Part shown: piece by piece, positions 39,627 through 51,710 of the stretch
Layout of the letters: every line of letters begins with the position of its first letter
Position numbering within the stretch: position 1 is the first letter of the stretch
DNA from: Enoplolaimus lenunculus
Taxonomy: Eukaryota
Reading direction: 5' to 3'
Assembly (NCBI GenBank): GCA_030248215.1
Contig: JASANG010001329.1
Span: forward strand, 558,001-613,166
Length of the DNA stretch: 55,166 nt
Translations under genes and position numbers: made by a program
The notes under the pieces: model-generated
Told to the model about the DNA's origin: nothing
Databases searched by the model: none
The model's input: the letters and a program-made list of their open reading frames with translations, nothing else

Positions 39627-42600
39627 TTTGCAAGTTTTGTATAATTTCACCAGAGGCGATGGAATTAAAAGATGATCAAAAGTTGATCGTTAATCATTTC
39701 TTCGTTAACATTCGAATCTCACGTTCTCAACAAAATTCAGATTTAGACATATAAAGTTCACGCAAGAGTATTGATACAATTGATACGACTTAATGTTGAA
39801 CACGTTTAATTGTTAGCTGGTTTCTTTTTTAGAACATAAAGCATAAACCCGATATCATGACCCTATTCTGATTTGCGTTTTATTTTCTAAAAAAGAGGCA
39901 ATTTAATATTATATTTTCTATTACTCGCACCAGTCTGAGCAAGACGAAGGGTCGACAACAAAATAAACCATACTTCCTTATGCGATTACACATTAATCAA
40001 GTGTTAAACGCTTTTACCTTAATCCAAAAGGTATATTTTCAGTATGTATGTAATAACGCCATGAAATGGTCACAATGTGAAATATTGAAAATAATTTTCT
40101 AACTAATTTCTAAGTGGCTACCATTGCCAACATATATATGAATGTCGCATAACTAAATATGTATAGATATACAATATATTTTAGCCATGGTTGAATCGGA
40201 AACCGGAACTCGTGTTCCGACCGGAATTCTTGCAGAAACTCAATTCCTGTTCGTGTTCCTGTTATTAACAGTCTAAGTTGAACATCAGGCTGATTTGTTT
40301 GTATTTTACCGTACAAACATACTTCGCATTTTTAAAAAACTAAAACTTTCAATTCCAACTTTTCCGCTTACATATTTTAAAACGTCACTAAAACTACAGT
40401 GCATCGCACAACCCAAACACTACAATTTCGTTAACTGAACGTTACAGAGTCAAAAAAGATGTCCCCACAGTGAAAACCAAATTTTCATTATATATTCCCA
40501 AATTTTTTACAACAGACCAGGGAATACCATATATACCGCATCTAAGATTTAAGAAACGATCCCCTAGCGTCAAGCCCAACCAGCCTACTAATTGACAGAA
40601 CGCAATACACACAAGTATGCACGTATATGATTGTTATAAGCGAGAACAAAAGATGAATGAAGTTTATGTCATTTTTCAAATTTTAACTCACAAACTGTGC
40701 AACATATGCATTATTTCGCGTTATGTTATGTACGTACTTATATTTAAAATCGATATCTCGCAGTAGCAACGCCACACACCTGACGTTTTACAAACTGCAA
40801 ACATCCATTTTTAGATCAAGAATTTGCATACTGTGTGGCCTCGGCCTTCACAATGAAAATGGCCCAATTTATCATGCATCGGCATGTAGCAAAAATTGTT
40901 CCGAACAGTAATTAAAAAACACTAAATAGCTGACCATTAACAACACACATATACATATATACATATATTATATATAATCAGCATATATGTAACGTCATGT
41001 CCAGAGCTTGTATAATGGGTCAATAAATAGTGCCTTATAAATGGCTGAATAAAAACAAATTATTTAGAATTGTTAAAGTTAAAATTTTACGCATTATCGC
41101 ATTAGAAGCTTTCAATGATTAATTCCGAAACAGGTCGTGAACTTCACAGAATGTGTTTCAATTCACAATGGGCATTTCAAACAGCCCGCGATCAGTGTCA
41201 AAACGATCGTGGGGGCGGGGTTACAAAGGTTGTAACTTGCCACGCTATGCTAGAAACTGAAATGATTGTTTGCTAGGAATACTCCCTAAATAATGCGTAC
41301 TAAACACAAGCCCCACGAGCAAACTCGTGGCATCGTCCCTGCAAGGAATATAGTCAGGGGGGTATACTGCACTAAACCTTCTTTTGCGATTTTTAGGAAC
41401 TTTCTGTTAATAACAGAAGAAAAAGAACCCCTCTTTTCGAAATTTATACAGAACGTAACCCCTTTTCAATATTTTGCCCGCCTGCACCACTTGGCATTTC
41501 CAGCAAAAGTTAAATTCCAACCCATGTTAATTGTTAGTAGTACTGTACCGCAGTTATTGCCGTCATTGCAAACTCCATTTTAAGCTACTAATAGTGGGTA
41601 TACCAACCAACCTGACCTCAATGCTCAACTGAGGGCACAAACATAGCTTGTCAGAAAACACACTTTGCGTAGTTCTATTAGTATTTATTAAATTCTCGAA
41701 TCGCAAACATTCTCACTGGTCAGTAAAGTGGACAGTGTCAAATGACAAAACATATAATTTTATACTTGATAAATACATACATATATGTTTGTGCATATAG
41801 TTTTGCATAAAGCTGACGGAAAATACATATACCTTGAAATTGGAGCTCAATAGATAAAACCGAGAATATGAGAAAATTTTACTTGCATTGACGACTTAGA
41901 TAAAGCACCTATTTTTCATAGGAACGGTTACGCAGCAATAACCTCTTTTCGAACCTTGGGACTGAAAAAATCGAGTTTTTTGAAAATTCAAATTTCAATT
42001 TTGAATGATTAGGAGAGGTCATGTGAAACTCAAACATGTATCATTCAAATTGCCACCACTTTTAAGTAAACACACACTGGAAGGCACTTAACGGAAAACA
42101 GCCGAAAACTTATGTTATTGAACAAAACTTCCAACGATCCATTAAGAATCCCAAAGCATCCCATAAGTCGCAACGTTCAGAATGAGTTAAAAGAAAAAAT
42201 TCGTCGTACATCATAGCTACGTAGTATATATACATGTTCATAAGAATAATAAATCTACTTTACAAAACCATCGATTCCTCGAAGTCTATTTGTTCTAGTT
42301 CCAAAACCTGCACTAAGGACAATCATAATCACGTCTCAATTCGTTTTGTTTTGCTGACAAAATGGTGTTATTTCCCAAAAATACGCCAACCACCTTCATA
42401 TAGATCCGGCAAATTTGGACACGGCACCGCCAAACTGATCTCAAAGGACTAGTTTACACTGCTGCTAATAAATCTCTTTGGTGCTATTTTCGTCAACAAG
42501 TCAGCACTGAAACGATTCAAAACCGATTATTGCTTGAATAAAGAAACATTACCTACATGTAGTTGGTCACAAGTTATGCCATTATATATTTCATACGTAC

Positions 42601-43167
42601 ACATAAAACAACACATATATACATTTACATAAATTCCCAGTGGTTGTTGAATTGGCAGAACAATCAAAAATTTTCAAAGTAGTACAGATATATCCGAATC
42701 ACTAGTTTGGTTTTAGAGTTTCAATGCTTGTATAAAACGTCCAAACAGAATGTATATGAACGTACATTAAGACACAATCAAACCGAATTTTCGACCAAAT
42801 GCAGTTGTACAGCACGCATAGTCACGCGCGCCCAAAAACTTTTACTGTTTTTTAGTTTCTTTGGATCCCCCACTGGAGCTACTCAAAATTACAAATTTGC
42901 ATCGCAATTACGCTAAAATTGAGTCTGGCTTCTCGCTCGCAAGAAGCTTTTGAATAACTCGAAGCTGCATGTATGTCCGAACAGCTAGCGCGCTACACTC
43001 ACTTCCAAATATCTTTCTCTGACGATATGCTGTCCCGAAACGGCCGAGTTTTCGACACTCCAGCTGAAATTGTCATTTAGGAAGATGACATCCGGAGGAG
43101 CGGGTGCTCGGTCAATCTCGGAAACCCCGGCTGAAAAAATTCTGGATCCGTAGATAACTCCATGGGT

Positions 43168-43360
43168 CAGGGCCGGAGCTAGCATCCACATACCACCTTT
43201 TGGGGGGCCCAACCCCTAAAGGGGTCCCCACCCTAACCGGTTGAAACAAAAACCGCTTAAGTTTTAAAATGCGCCTGGCTTCTCGCTCGCTTCACTCGGG
43301 AGTTTGGACCCCCACCCTAGAATTTGGAGGGAGCCCCCACCCCTGCCTGTTCCGGCACTG
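43168..43360. mobile_element. MITE-like element with CAGGGCCGG termini
   Basis: cagggccggagc ... gttccggcactg, with an internal ctcgctcgcttcactcg motif. No clear TSD. Confidence 0.5.
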
Positions 43361-45087
43361 CACACAGCATAAGCGTAACCATTGGGAATGAAGTCTGGGT
43401 GTGTGACCCCCAAATTTAAAACAAAGCGGGTCTAAATAACTACGTTGATTCCACTTTTTGGGATTACACATATCTTTCTGGCTCAGTTAATTCTTCAGAC
43501 GGTCACAGGAAACTAGACGGACCGACCGTAAAACGTCAAGAGTGGCTTCGAAACTAACTGGAGGGAAGCGAGAAGCACTTTCGATGCCGCACTTCCTTGT
43601 GTATATGTGAGGTAGAAATAGTAAGAAACTTTTGAATTCAACTAATTCTGAACACAGTCTCAGCATATTTTTGCTCAAGCCTTCGGGACTCACTTTTCTG
43701 GCCGTGACTACGCATCCTTGCCCATTGCTAATTCCGCAGCCCTAGAGACATCGCAAGTATGTCTCTGCTGTTAGAAGTTATACATAAAGTCCATTTCATA
43801 ATTTTTTAGGATTATGTTCAAGTTTATGGTATAAAAAATTGCGGGTCCGGTTTTTGACTTTGAAAAAATCCTGGGCCTGGTTTGGCCTTAAAACATTCCT
43901 GGTCCAGTTCCGGGTTTTGGCTTTGTGAAATTCTGAATTCTGACCAAATATAAGGTTCGGACCAGGGTGTGATGGGATATCCGGCTTAAAAACTCGAAAA
44001 ATTGAAACATCATTTGTATTTATTTCAACTACCATAAACTGATTGACTTACTTTTAGTGTCCGCGTACGTTCACAACCTTTATTGGGTTAAAATAACGCT
44101 GAAAAACCTGATAAATATGACCAGTATCATTCCAGGGCTGTAACAGTATATATCTCAGCATATTCCCATTTCTAATACTAAGCCTAAACTTCAGCGTATG
44201 GATATCCCACTGTTATAAGAGAGGAACTGGAGAAGCGAAAAGTGAGGAAAATAAGTAAATTTTTTAGCTTAAAATTTTCGTTGTTACGCTTTAAGTTTTC
44301 GATCGTTCTTTCTTAGTTTAACAAACAGCATAAGTAAAAATAACTGTTGCACAAAAACTAATATTTGGCGTAATACGACTTAACATATACCTCTATGCGG
44401 CTAAAACCAAAGATACTTTCAGATCCTTATATGACAGATGTTGGAGATTGAATAAAAACCAATCAGGAAAACGAAACAATTACACAACAGATTATGAAGC
44501 AAAACGGCCCAGTGGTTAGTGCACTTGACCAAGATCGCATCTAATCAGCCTTGCATACAAATACCAAAATGAAATAGTCGTTGCACCGACGGTTCTTCTT
44601 ACGCAATCACACACAGATGCAGGGTGTCGTCGTGTACCAATTACATCTCGTAGCAATTTACTATTGGTACGTACCGATTGGATATTGGAAAAAGGGACGT
44701 GTACCAATCGTCTATCGAACCGATCACCAACTGATACAACACTTTATTGTGCCGAAAGAATATTATTCTACGCACTCGCAGCCAAAAAATTGGGTATTTG
44801 CCCCAACTTGTCGGAATTCTTCGGAACACACCTCTAAAAATCGCAGCCCGTACCAAGTTCCCCAGGTGTCTTCCCCTCCGAGTTTACAACCCCTACAACC
44901 CGAACATCTCCCCGGAATTTCCCAGAACGCCACTTAAAGGTAACAGTCAGGCGCGTATACAACAGGGGGATAGTGCTTATCAGAAAACGTACTTTTACAG
45001 GCTGTAGAGTAACACGCAAAGGTCAAAAAGTTTTTTCACTTTTGCTCGTAAAATTTTTTGGACTTTCCAGATTCTTAAAGTGTGCCC

Positions 45088-45924
45088 TGTCAGTCTGGGT
45101 TGCAACCGGTACTTCAGACCTTTTTACCCAGCAGCTGGAAAAACGGGCCTCTAGAGTGGAAATCGAATTCTAAGCCTACGGATCCTTAAGCGCGTCATCG
45201 ACTATATATGTCGACCGTATCCTGCTATCTAGCACACATACAGTGCACTGCACTATATTGCATGTGCACATAACAAAAAAGCATTTATCACATACTTACA
45301 TGCCCCGAATTTGAGCAAGGCCGTGCCATGACCGCCCATCTTATTTTCGACTGAACACGTTGTTCAAAGCGCGGTAATTTACCATTGCGCTTACATTGTA
45401 GTCCCCATGTCAGTTTAGGATGAAACCGGGACTTCAGACCTTTTACTCAGCAGCTAAAAAACCGGGTAATGGGTGGTTTCGAACTAGCGACCTTCTGCTT
45501 GTGAGGCAGACGCTGTTACCACTGCGCCACGCAGCCCGTTTATTCAACTACTTTAATCATCGACTATTTGTCGGGACATATGCAGCCAACTAGTATACAA
45601 CACAAGGTGCATTGCATATACTGCAAATGCACTAGGACAAGCATATTTCAAATGCTTACATACCCCAATTTTCAACAAGGTCGTCCCTTGACTATCCACC
45701 CTACCTTCGACTGGATACCTTGTTGAAAGCGCAGTAATTTTCCATTGCGCTCACGGCGTGGCCCCCATGTCAGTCTGGGTAGGAACAAGGATTTCAGACC
45801 ATTTTACTAAAGGCTGCAAAAGAGGGCCTCCAGTGCGTCTACTACTACGTCACACAGCCCGCTCTACAACTGCACTTTTTGTCGACTACATGTGTCCAGC
45901 TAGCATACATACAGTGCACTGCAT
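45088..45924 (-). mobile_element. Tandem TRIM-like miniature LTR retroelement (LTR-internal-LTR-internal-LTR) with a tRNA-like module in the LTRs
   Basis: Three related repeats start TGTCAG on the plus strand (45088, 45408, 45768) and two end CTTACA (45300, 45660); the third is truncated. They are separated by two homologous 107-bp spacers. On the minus strand each spacer begins TGGGG immediately after the LTR-terminal CA (PBS-like) and ends in a G-rich tract before the next TG. Confidence 0.72.
45463..45537 (-). pseudogene. tRNA-like (Val-CAC-like) Pol III module inside an LTR; not a canonical tRNA
   Basis: A box TGGCGCAGTGG, anticodon arm TCTGC-CTCACAA-GCAGA, B box GTTCGAAACC, then T6 at 45461-45456. 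Acceptor and T stems are mispaired. Confidence 0.7.
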
Positions 45925-46949
45925 TGAGCTAAACAAGGTTGCAAAGCGTAAACCAAAAATTTTAACGTACACAAATATGTAGTCATCTCCCACGCCTACA
46001 TCTCGACTCAACCATCACCAACAGGGCCTAGGCCCCACGTAGTTTTGGGTTTGCTCTCCCCGCACTCTCCAGCAGCCTAAGAGAGGCGCAGATATGAATG
46101 TCGCTATATGTGCTGTGCGTGGTAAGTGTATATAAAGCAAAATATTGATGTGCATATACACATATACCGGTGTAACAAGTTGCAATGAATACAAGGTGTA
46201 GTGGTAGCATAAGTGACTCGAGTGTCGAGTGCAAAAGAGCCGAGGTTTTATTCCCGACGTGGTCATCAACTTTAAATAGCGAATTTATGCATGACATCGG
46301 CGTTTAACTTTTATATTCCCAGCAATAGATCATCCCTAGCTACGTAAATACCCTGTTCTAATAAAGATTAAACCGTACTACCACTCCCTGTATTTTCAGA
46401 AGGTTTTGTAACTATTCCCAAATGAACGGAGTACACATACTTAAATGTATCATTGAAACTATGTGTTTCTTTACATGAGTAAACTATGATTTCAAATACA
46501 GCTGAAAAATCGGATCTGGAGAAATAATGTTGAATTTGCAAATTTTACCAAAAAATTAATTTCATTAACAAAACTTCCGGACTCTAGTACAAAAATTAGC
46601 ACTGCAGCCAGACCCAGACGTCGATTTTTGCCGCAGCATTAGCTGGAAACAGAGGTGCTGTTGTACCTTGGCAAACTTTCTGTTCAAAATCGGGTGTATT
46701 TACCGCAAGTTTTAGAAACCACGCCGGAACCAGAGTTGGTGGTCATCAAACTTGGCGGAGTGGGAGCAGCATCCATCAACGTTAAAATGCAAACGCATAT
46801 GTAAAAAATGTTCCACCTACCCCATTGCGAACATCACCAAAATACAAATGCAGCCTGGAGTCGTGGTACAGTTTCACAGGGGTAGAACCGGGTTGATAAC
46901 CTATTCTAACATGAATATTTGCAATTTCACTTGAAATGTAACTTCAAGG

Positions 46950-47090
46950 TGAAATTCGAACCGCAGTCTCACGGGTGGGAGGCGTTTACGATGACAACTG
47001 AGCTATAGGAGCTTGACGCTCGAGCCCGAAGGGGCTCTCACGTCTTGTGGAGATTTTATACTGCGCATATAGACTATAACTGTTAAACAC
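46950..47090 (-). repeat. Partial or diverged copy of the tRNA-like module of the TTAA family
   Basis: Minus strand gctcctatagctcagttg...gcctcccacccgtgagactgcggttcgaa, plus the shared upstream gagcccc-ttc-gggctc hairpin. Confidence 0.7.
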
Positions 47091-47475
47091 TACTCACAGT
47101 GTGGGCATTGATTGTACATTATTGTATTTAGTGGCTCAAACGTCTTTACGTTGTTACGCACGTAAACAAATATAAACACACATCATTCAACGCAAAAAAA
47201 CATGATTCCGTTCTGAGAGCGACAATGGACAATATAACAGTTCCTGATAATGACGTCAGGACGAGTATAGCTATGCATGCCTTACAGCATATTCATTTTC
47301 TAAAGGTTCAGACATTGACATATGGACATGTCAAGTTGGGTATAAAGAGAGTGGGAAGAGACAACACGGGTGCCCAAAACGGAGGGACATTTTTTACATG
47401 TGAGAAACGTGTATAAAATTTCAAAGTGGGCATGGTAAAACTGTCATATTCTACCATCATGCGTTCCAATTTGAA

Positions 47476-47743
47476 CCCTTTCTCACATGAATATTTTCTA
47501 TTTCCCCTGAGACCTACTTTTTATATGCTAGGATTCGAACTCAAGTGACTGGAGTGGGAGGCGCATACCATCACCAATGAGCTATAGGAGCTTGACGCTC
47601 GAGTCCGAGGGGGCTGTCACGTTTTGTGGTGATGTAGTATTATGTATACGTGTTGCAATTGTTAAACACGGTGCGATATATACTATTTAACGTATATACA
47701 CTGCGCTGAGAGTTTCCTACAGGCAACTCAATGTGAGAAGGGG
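47476..47743 (-). mobile_element. Same TTAA/tRNA-like family, full-length copy
   Basis: 13-bp TIR ccctttctcacat / atgtgagaagggg; flanks TGAA and TTAA. Confidence 0.82.
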
Positions 47744-50700
47744 TTAACCTAACGGACCTTCCAACACGAGAGTCTGGATTGATAATGGAAAATTTTACGT
47801 ACATCAAATTAAACTCAATTCAGAGCAGTGATAACCGGCATCCAATAGGTTTTATCGAAAAACTTAAAATATTTTAGGACTCTCCCATGCTGTTGCGTAT
47901 TCTAAAAGGAAGATTTAGGTGGAACTATGTGAAGTTAAAAGTATATTTTCTCACAATTCCAAACTCCAATTAAGAGTCAATCACACAAAGATGGCTACAT
48001 AAAAGCCAACATTAAGAATAGTACTAGTCCGTCCAAATTCAAACTGCGAAAAACTGCGAACAAACTGATTACACCGTGGCTAAGCTTGTTTATATCTTTT
48101 AACCATAATACGAGCAATGGTGGCCACGCTCGCGAAGGATTCAAAAAGTTTTATTCCTTTCTTCGCGATTCATAAGTCAGTTTATTTTTGATTTCAAGTT
48201 GATTTGTATTGGAATGGTTATCACGATAGCTCCAAGTGAGCCTACGGTGCACCGGCGATCAGGAGTTTAGTAAACGGAGCGCATAGCGCGGAGCCTACGG
48301 GCAGTACCTGGGTAACTTTGGGGAACTCTGGTGTATTAAGCGGATTTTGGGGGATATTTGGAGTTGTTTCTGGGGTTTGTCGATTCTAGCTGTGCTAGTT
48401 TTGGTGGTTTTCTGGAGTCTTGGAATTTTGTACGGTTACTTGGGGATTTTACGAAGATTCTGGGTTTGTCACGTTAATGTTGACATTTGGCTTTTGTACA
48501 ACGTGAGCTTGTGAGAGTTGTGGAATAACGGGATAAGGCATCGTAGTAGACGTGCGGAAAGCACCTAACAAAGGAACTTTCGGCACCATCGGTTGAATAA
48601 TTTCAAGGATACGCATATTACTTGTATTGTATCGGCACTAGTGCTTTACTCGTGTAGCTTTACTGCGGTGTTGAGGGGAATAAAAGGGGAAACTGACTGA
48701 ATTATTGAACCAGAGCAAAATAGCGGCATTGAAATACGAACCTAGACGCGAAGTTGTTGGTTTCCATACGTATCCAAAATCACGAACTATTTACAGCATT
48801 ATGTCTCAATCAATACTATACTGTGGATAATACGCCGATCCCAGAAAGATTATAAAGGTAAGCCATTGCGGGGCAAAAGCTTTAAGAACGGAGTGGTGTT
48901 ATAGACTACCTGCAGACCACCATCGTCATTTTATTACAAAAATTTGTAATAATTTTAATTGCAATATTTGACAAAGTTTTATTTAAAATAGTTGATTTTG
49001 CAAGTGTGTTCCAATTATAGACAAATAAATTCCAGTATTGTGGTATGCAACTTGCTCAACAACTTTACGGTTCTTGAAGTTAACTAAGTATTTGAAATTA
49101 ATTATAAAGAACTTTTGTATATTTCGTGAAAGTTTGCACAGAAATTTGTGTAATTTTAAAGTTGGCATGGTAAAACTATCATATTCTACCATCATGTGTT
49201 TTGAATTTAAAGGCATATAAATGAATTAAACTTTCTTAACTTAAATCACGTTGTTTACGCCTGTGGATTTCAACATATTTAACATATGAACTTCTTAAAC
49301 GTTTCTTTGAATATCGTGTTAATTTGCGAAAATGGCGATAGCCATGGCGCAATTGCGGGAGCATTATTTAAAAACCATTTGCATTAACAGGTTTTATCAT
49401 ATTTTCCTTAGTTTAACCTATATGTTTTTGCTGAATTCAATATAACTCCGGCGCTATGTAACCTCGCTTGATTTCAGGCGTCTGTTGGAATTTTTTGCTC
49501 AGATTTAGCGTTTACTTGCCTTCCCTGAGTCTTAGGCGATTGACGGCTCCATTTTCTATATATGTCAGGTAAGCAGAGGCATATTCAGAAGTGTCCCTAA
49601 GCCATCGGGTTGTTCATGTTGTTTCGTTTTGAACACGGACCTTGTTATCCTAACATATGTCGGTGATGATCAATGGTAAATCTTAAAACTTGGGAAACTT
49701 TCAATTGTTATAAAAGGTTTGGTTTCTAGATTCTCGTCATTGTTTTTATTAATTAACGTCATTAGCGTCGTTTGGAGAACAATTTGTATGTAAAACAAAA
49801 AATTTTACCACTATTAAAGATTAAATTTTAGAAAAATTAATGGTTCAAAACTTAAAGTACTACTAGTGATTATGGGTGTGGACGCCCTGCAGAAATTTGC
49901 ATTGGGCTGAAAATTGTAAGTATGGTGATAATTGATGAGTATATTAACGGGTCGTTAGTTAAAATAACCTAAATTTAATATAAAAAATGTTCTTTTTCAG
50001 TTTACTGAGAAAATATTTGAACTATAATTCGATATTGCTTATTCAAGCATTAAAATAGTTTCAAATTTTATTACCTGAGTAGTTTTAGAGGCAAAGTTAA
50101 AAACTTTTTAACTTTAGAGGCATAATGAGCCAATCAATTATGTTTGGAGACTACAACTTTTATGCCATAAAAGGACGTTTCAAACTAAAAACGGCAGTGT
50201 TTAGATAGGTTCGAGGTGTGTTTAGTTTGTTGTGCAGTTTTTAGTCAAGTTTCGAGTGAAAATTTTGTTTCGTTTTCTTCGGAAGTTTTTGTTTATTACA
50301 GACCGCGAGGCACCTTATTATTTTCAACAATATTAGCCGTGGAACTGTACTAAGATGTGAATTCAACAGGGAACGAAGTTTATGCATCAATAGATAGATC
50401 GCGTTGAAACTAGCGCGTGCCAGAGTTAATTGTAAGTAACTAAGAGTAATGCAAGTTTAATAATTTGCAGTTATACATTCTTACTTGTCTTATGAGCGTT
50501 TTACCACATCATTCGTGTTCTGGTAATTTTAATTATACGTTTTCGTTTAACAAATGGATAATTCTAGTAATCTTGATTGCTAGTTGTCCACGCAAGCAAA
50601 ACTTGGTAAGCCTTATAATAAAAATAGCATATTCAGTAACGGTTGTTTGTACAACCCTACTGAGTAGATTTTTTGGATATCTTTGTGCTGAACAGTAAAC

Positions 50701-50872
50701 TTGATTGTTCAATTCTTTTAGACTTCTTAACGTAATATAAGCACGACAAAGTGATACTTCCAGATTATGTTAAATGAACGAACTAAAATTTTTTGCGTGA
50801 TTGGAAATATTCGGTAAATAATTGTAACATTTGGAGTTTAGAATAAAAGAGCAGTGCTAGTATCGTAACATT

Positions 50873-50894
50873 TGGGGTCCCACCAAGACTTGAA
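50873..50894 (+). other. Primer-binding site (tRNA-Gln-like) following an LTR 3' end
   Basis: The LTR-like end ...AATAAA...GTAACA (50870) is followed by TT-TGGGGTCCCACCAAGACTTGAA. This is close to the reverse complement of the metazoan tRNA-Gln 3' end (TGGAGGTCCCACCGAGATTTGAA, from memory). Confidence 0.7.
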
Positions 50895-51160
50895 TTAAAA
50901 CTTTTGGAAAAATTTGACGTTCAAATTTTGCCCAGCGGCGTTAGCAGGTTTCAAATTCACAGCCTTTGTTTGAACTTAGCAAGACAATCGGAGATTGAAG
51001 CCCAATTTATTATTGTTTTTATGAAAATAGTCAGCTCTTTAAGTCCAAATCCAGAAAAATCTACAAGTAATTTACTTATCCAATATTAGTATTGGACCTT
51101 CGTTTATATATCAGACGTAAGAGTTAAAACCCCTAGACAGCATAGATACTAGTCTGAAAC

Positions 51161-51710
51161 ATGGATCAACTACGACATGATGTTACCCAGTTAGCGCAAA
51201 ATATGGCCCACTCGAATTCTGCTCTCGCATAAAAACGAATAACTAGTAACACTGACACTGACCTGATAATACATCCGTTTCACGGTGGCTTAAACCTAAT
51301 TTGTGCCGCAAAACTAATAGATGACGAACTGAAATTACGGGTTTTACCTGAATATCTCACGGATGTTGCAAAAGATATCTACGACAGGTGAACTGTCGAG
51401 GATAAACGCACGTTTAAATCAATCTTCGGTGCAGTAGAGCGAAAATTTGCCTCCTCGGAGCTGGCAATTGATCATGAAGCTGCCTTGCAAGGCAGCTAAC
51501 AAATGGAAGGCGAATAATTTACTCTTATTAAAAAGCCATGAAAATGCTTGTCGACGAGTTTATGCAGGCGAGTCGGAGGAAACAATCCGCATTTTACTAT
51601 TGGAAAATTCTTTTCGGAAATTTGCTCTTCTGAAATTAAGGCTCAAACGTTCAAGGAAATGCCTATGCAAACGTTAGAGCAAGCAGATATTGCTATGCGA
51701 TTGGTTATGC
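51161..51710 (+). pseudogene. Degenerate Ty3/Gypsy-like gag (capsid) remnant
   Basis: Manual translation with stops and frameshifts: IHPFHG...DDELKLRVLPEYLTDVAKDIYD...KRTFK...RKF...QMEGE...TLEQA. This fits the retrotransposon Gag pattern and lies about 270 bp downstream of the PBS. Confidence 0.68.

Noticed and set aside
43400..43785. Solo LTR (tgtgtgac...gttataca)
   Set aside because: No target-site duplication and no second copy in the window.
45463..45537. Functional tRNA-Val gene
   Set aside because: Acceptor and T stems do not pair, and it is embedded in a dispersed repeat.
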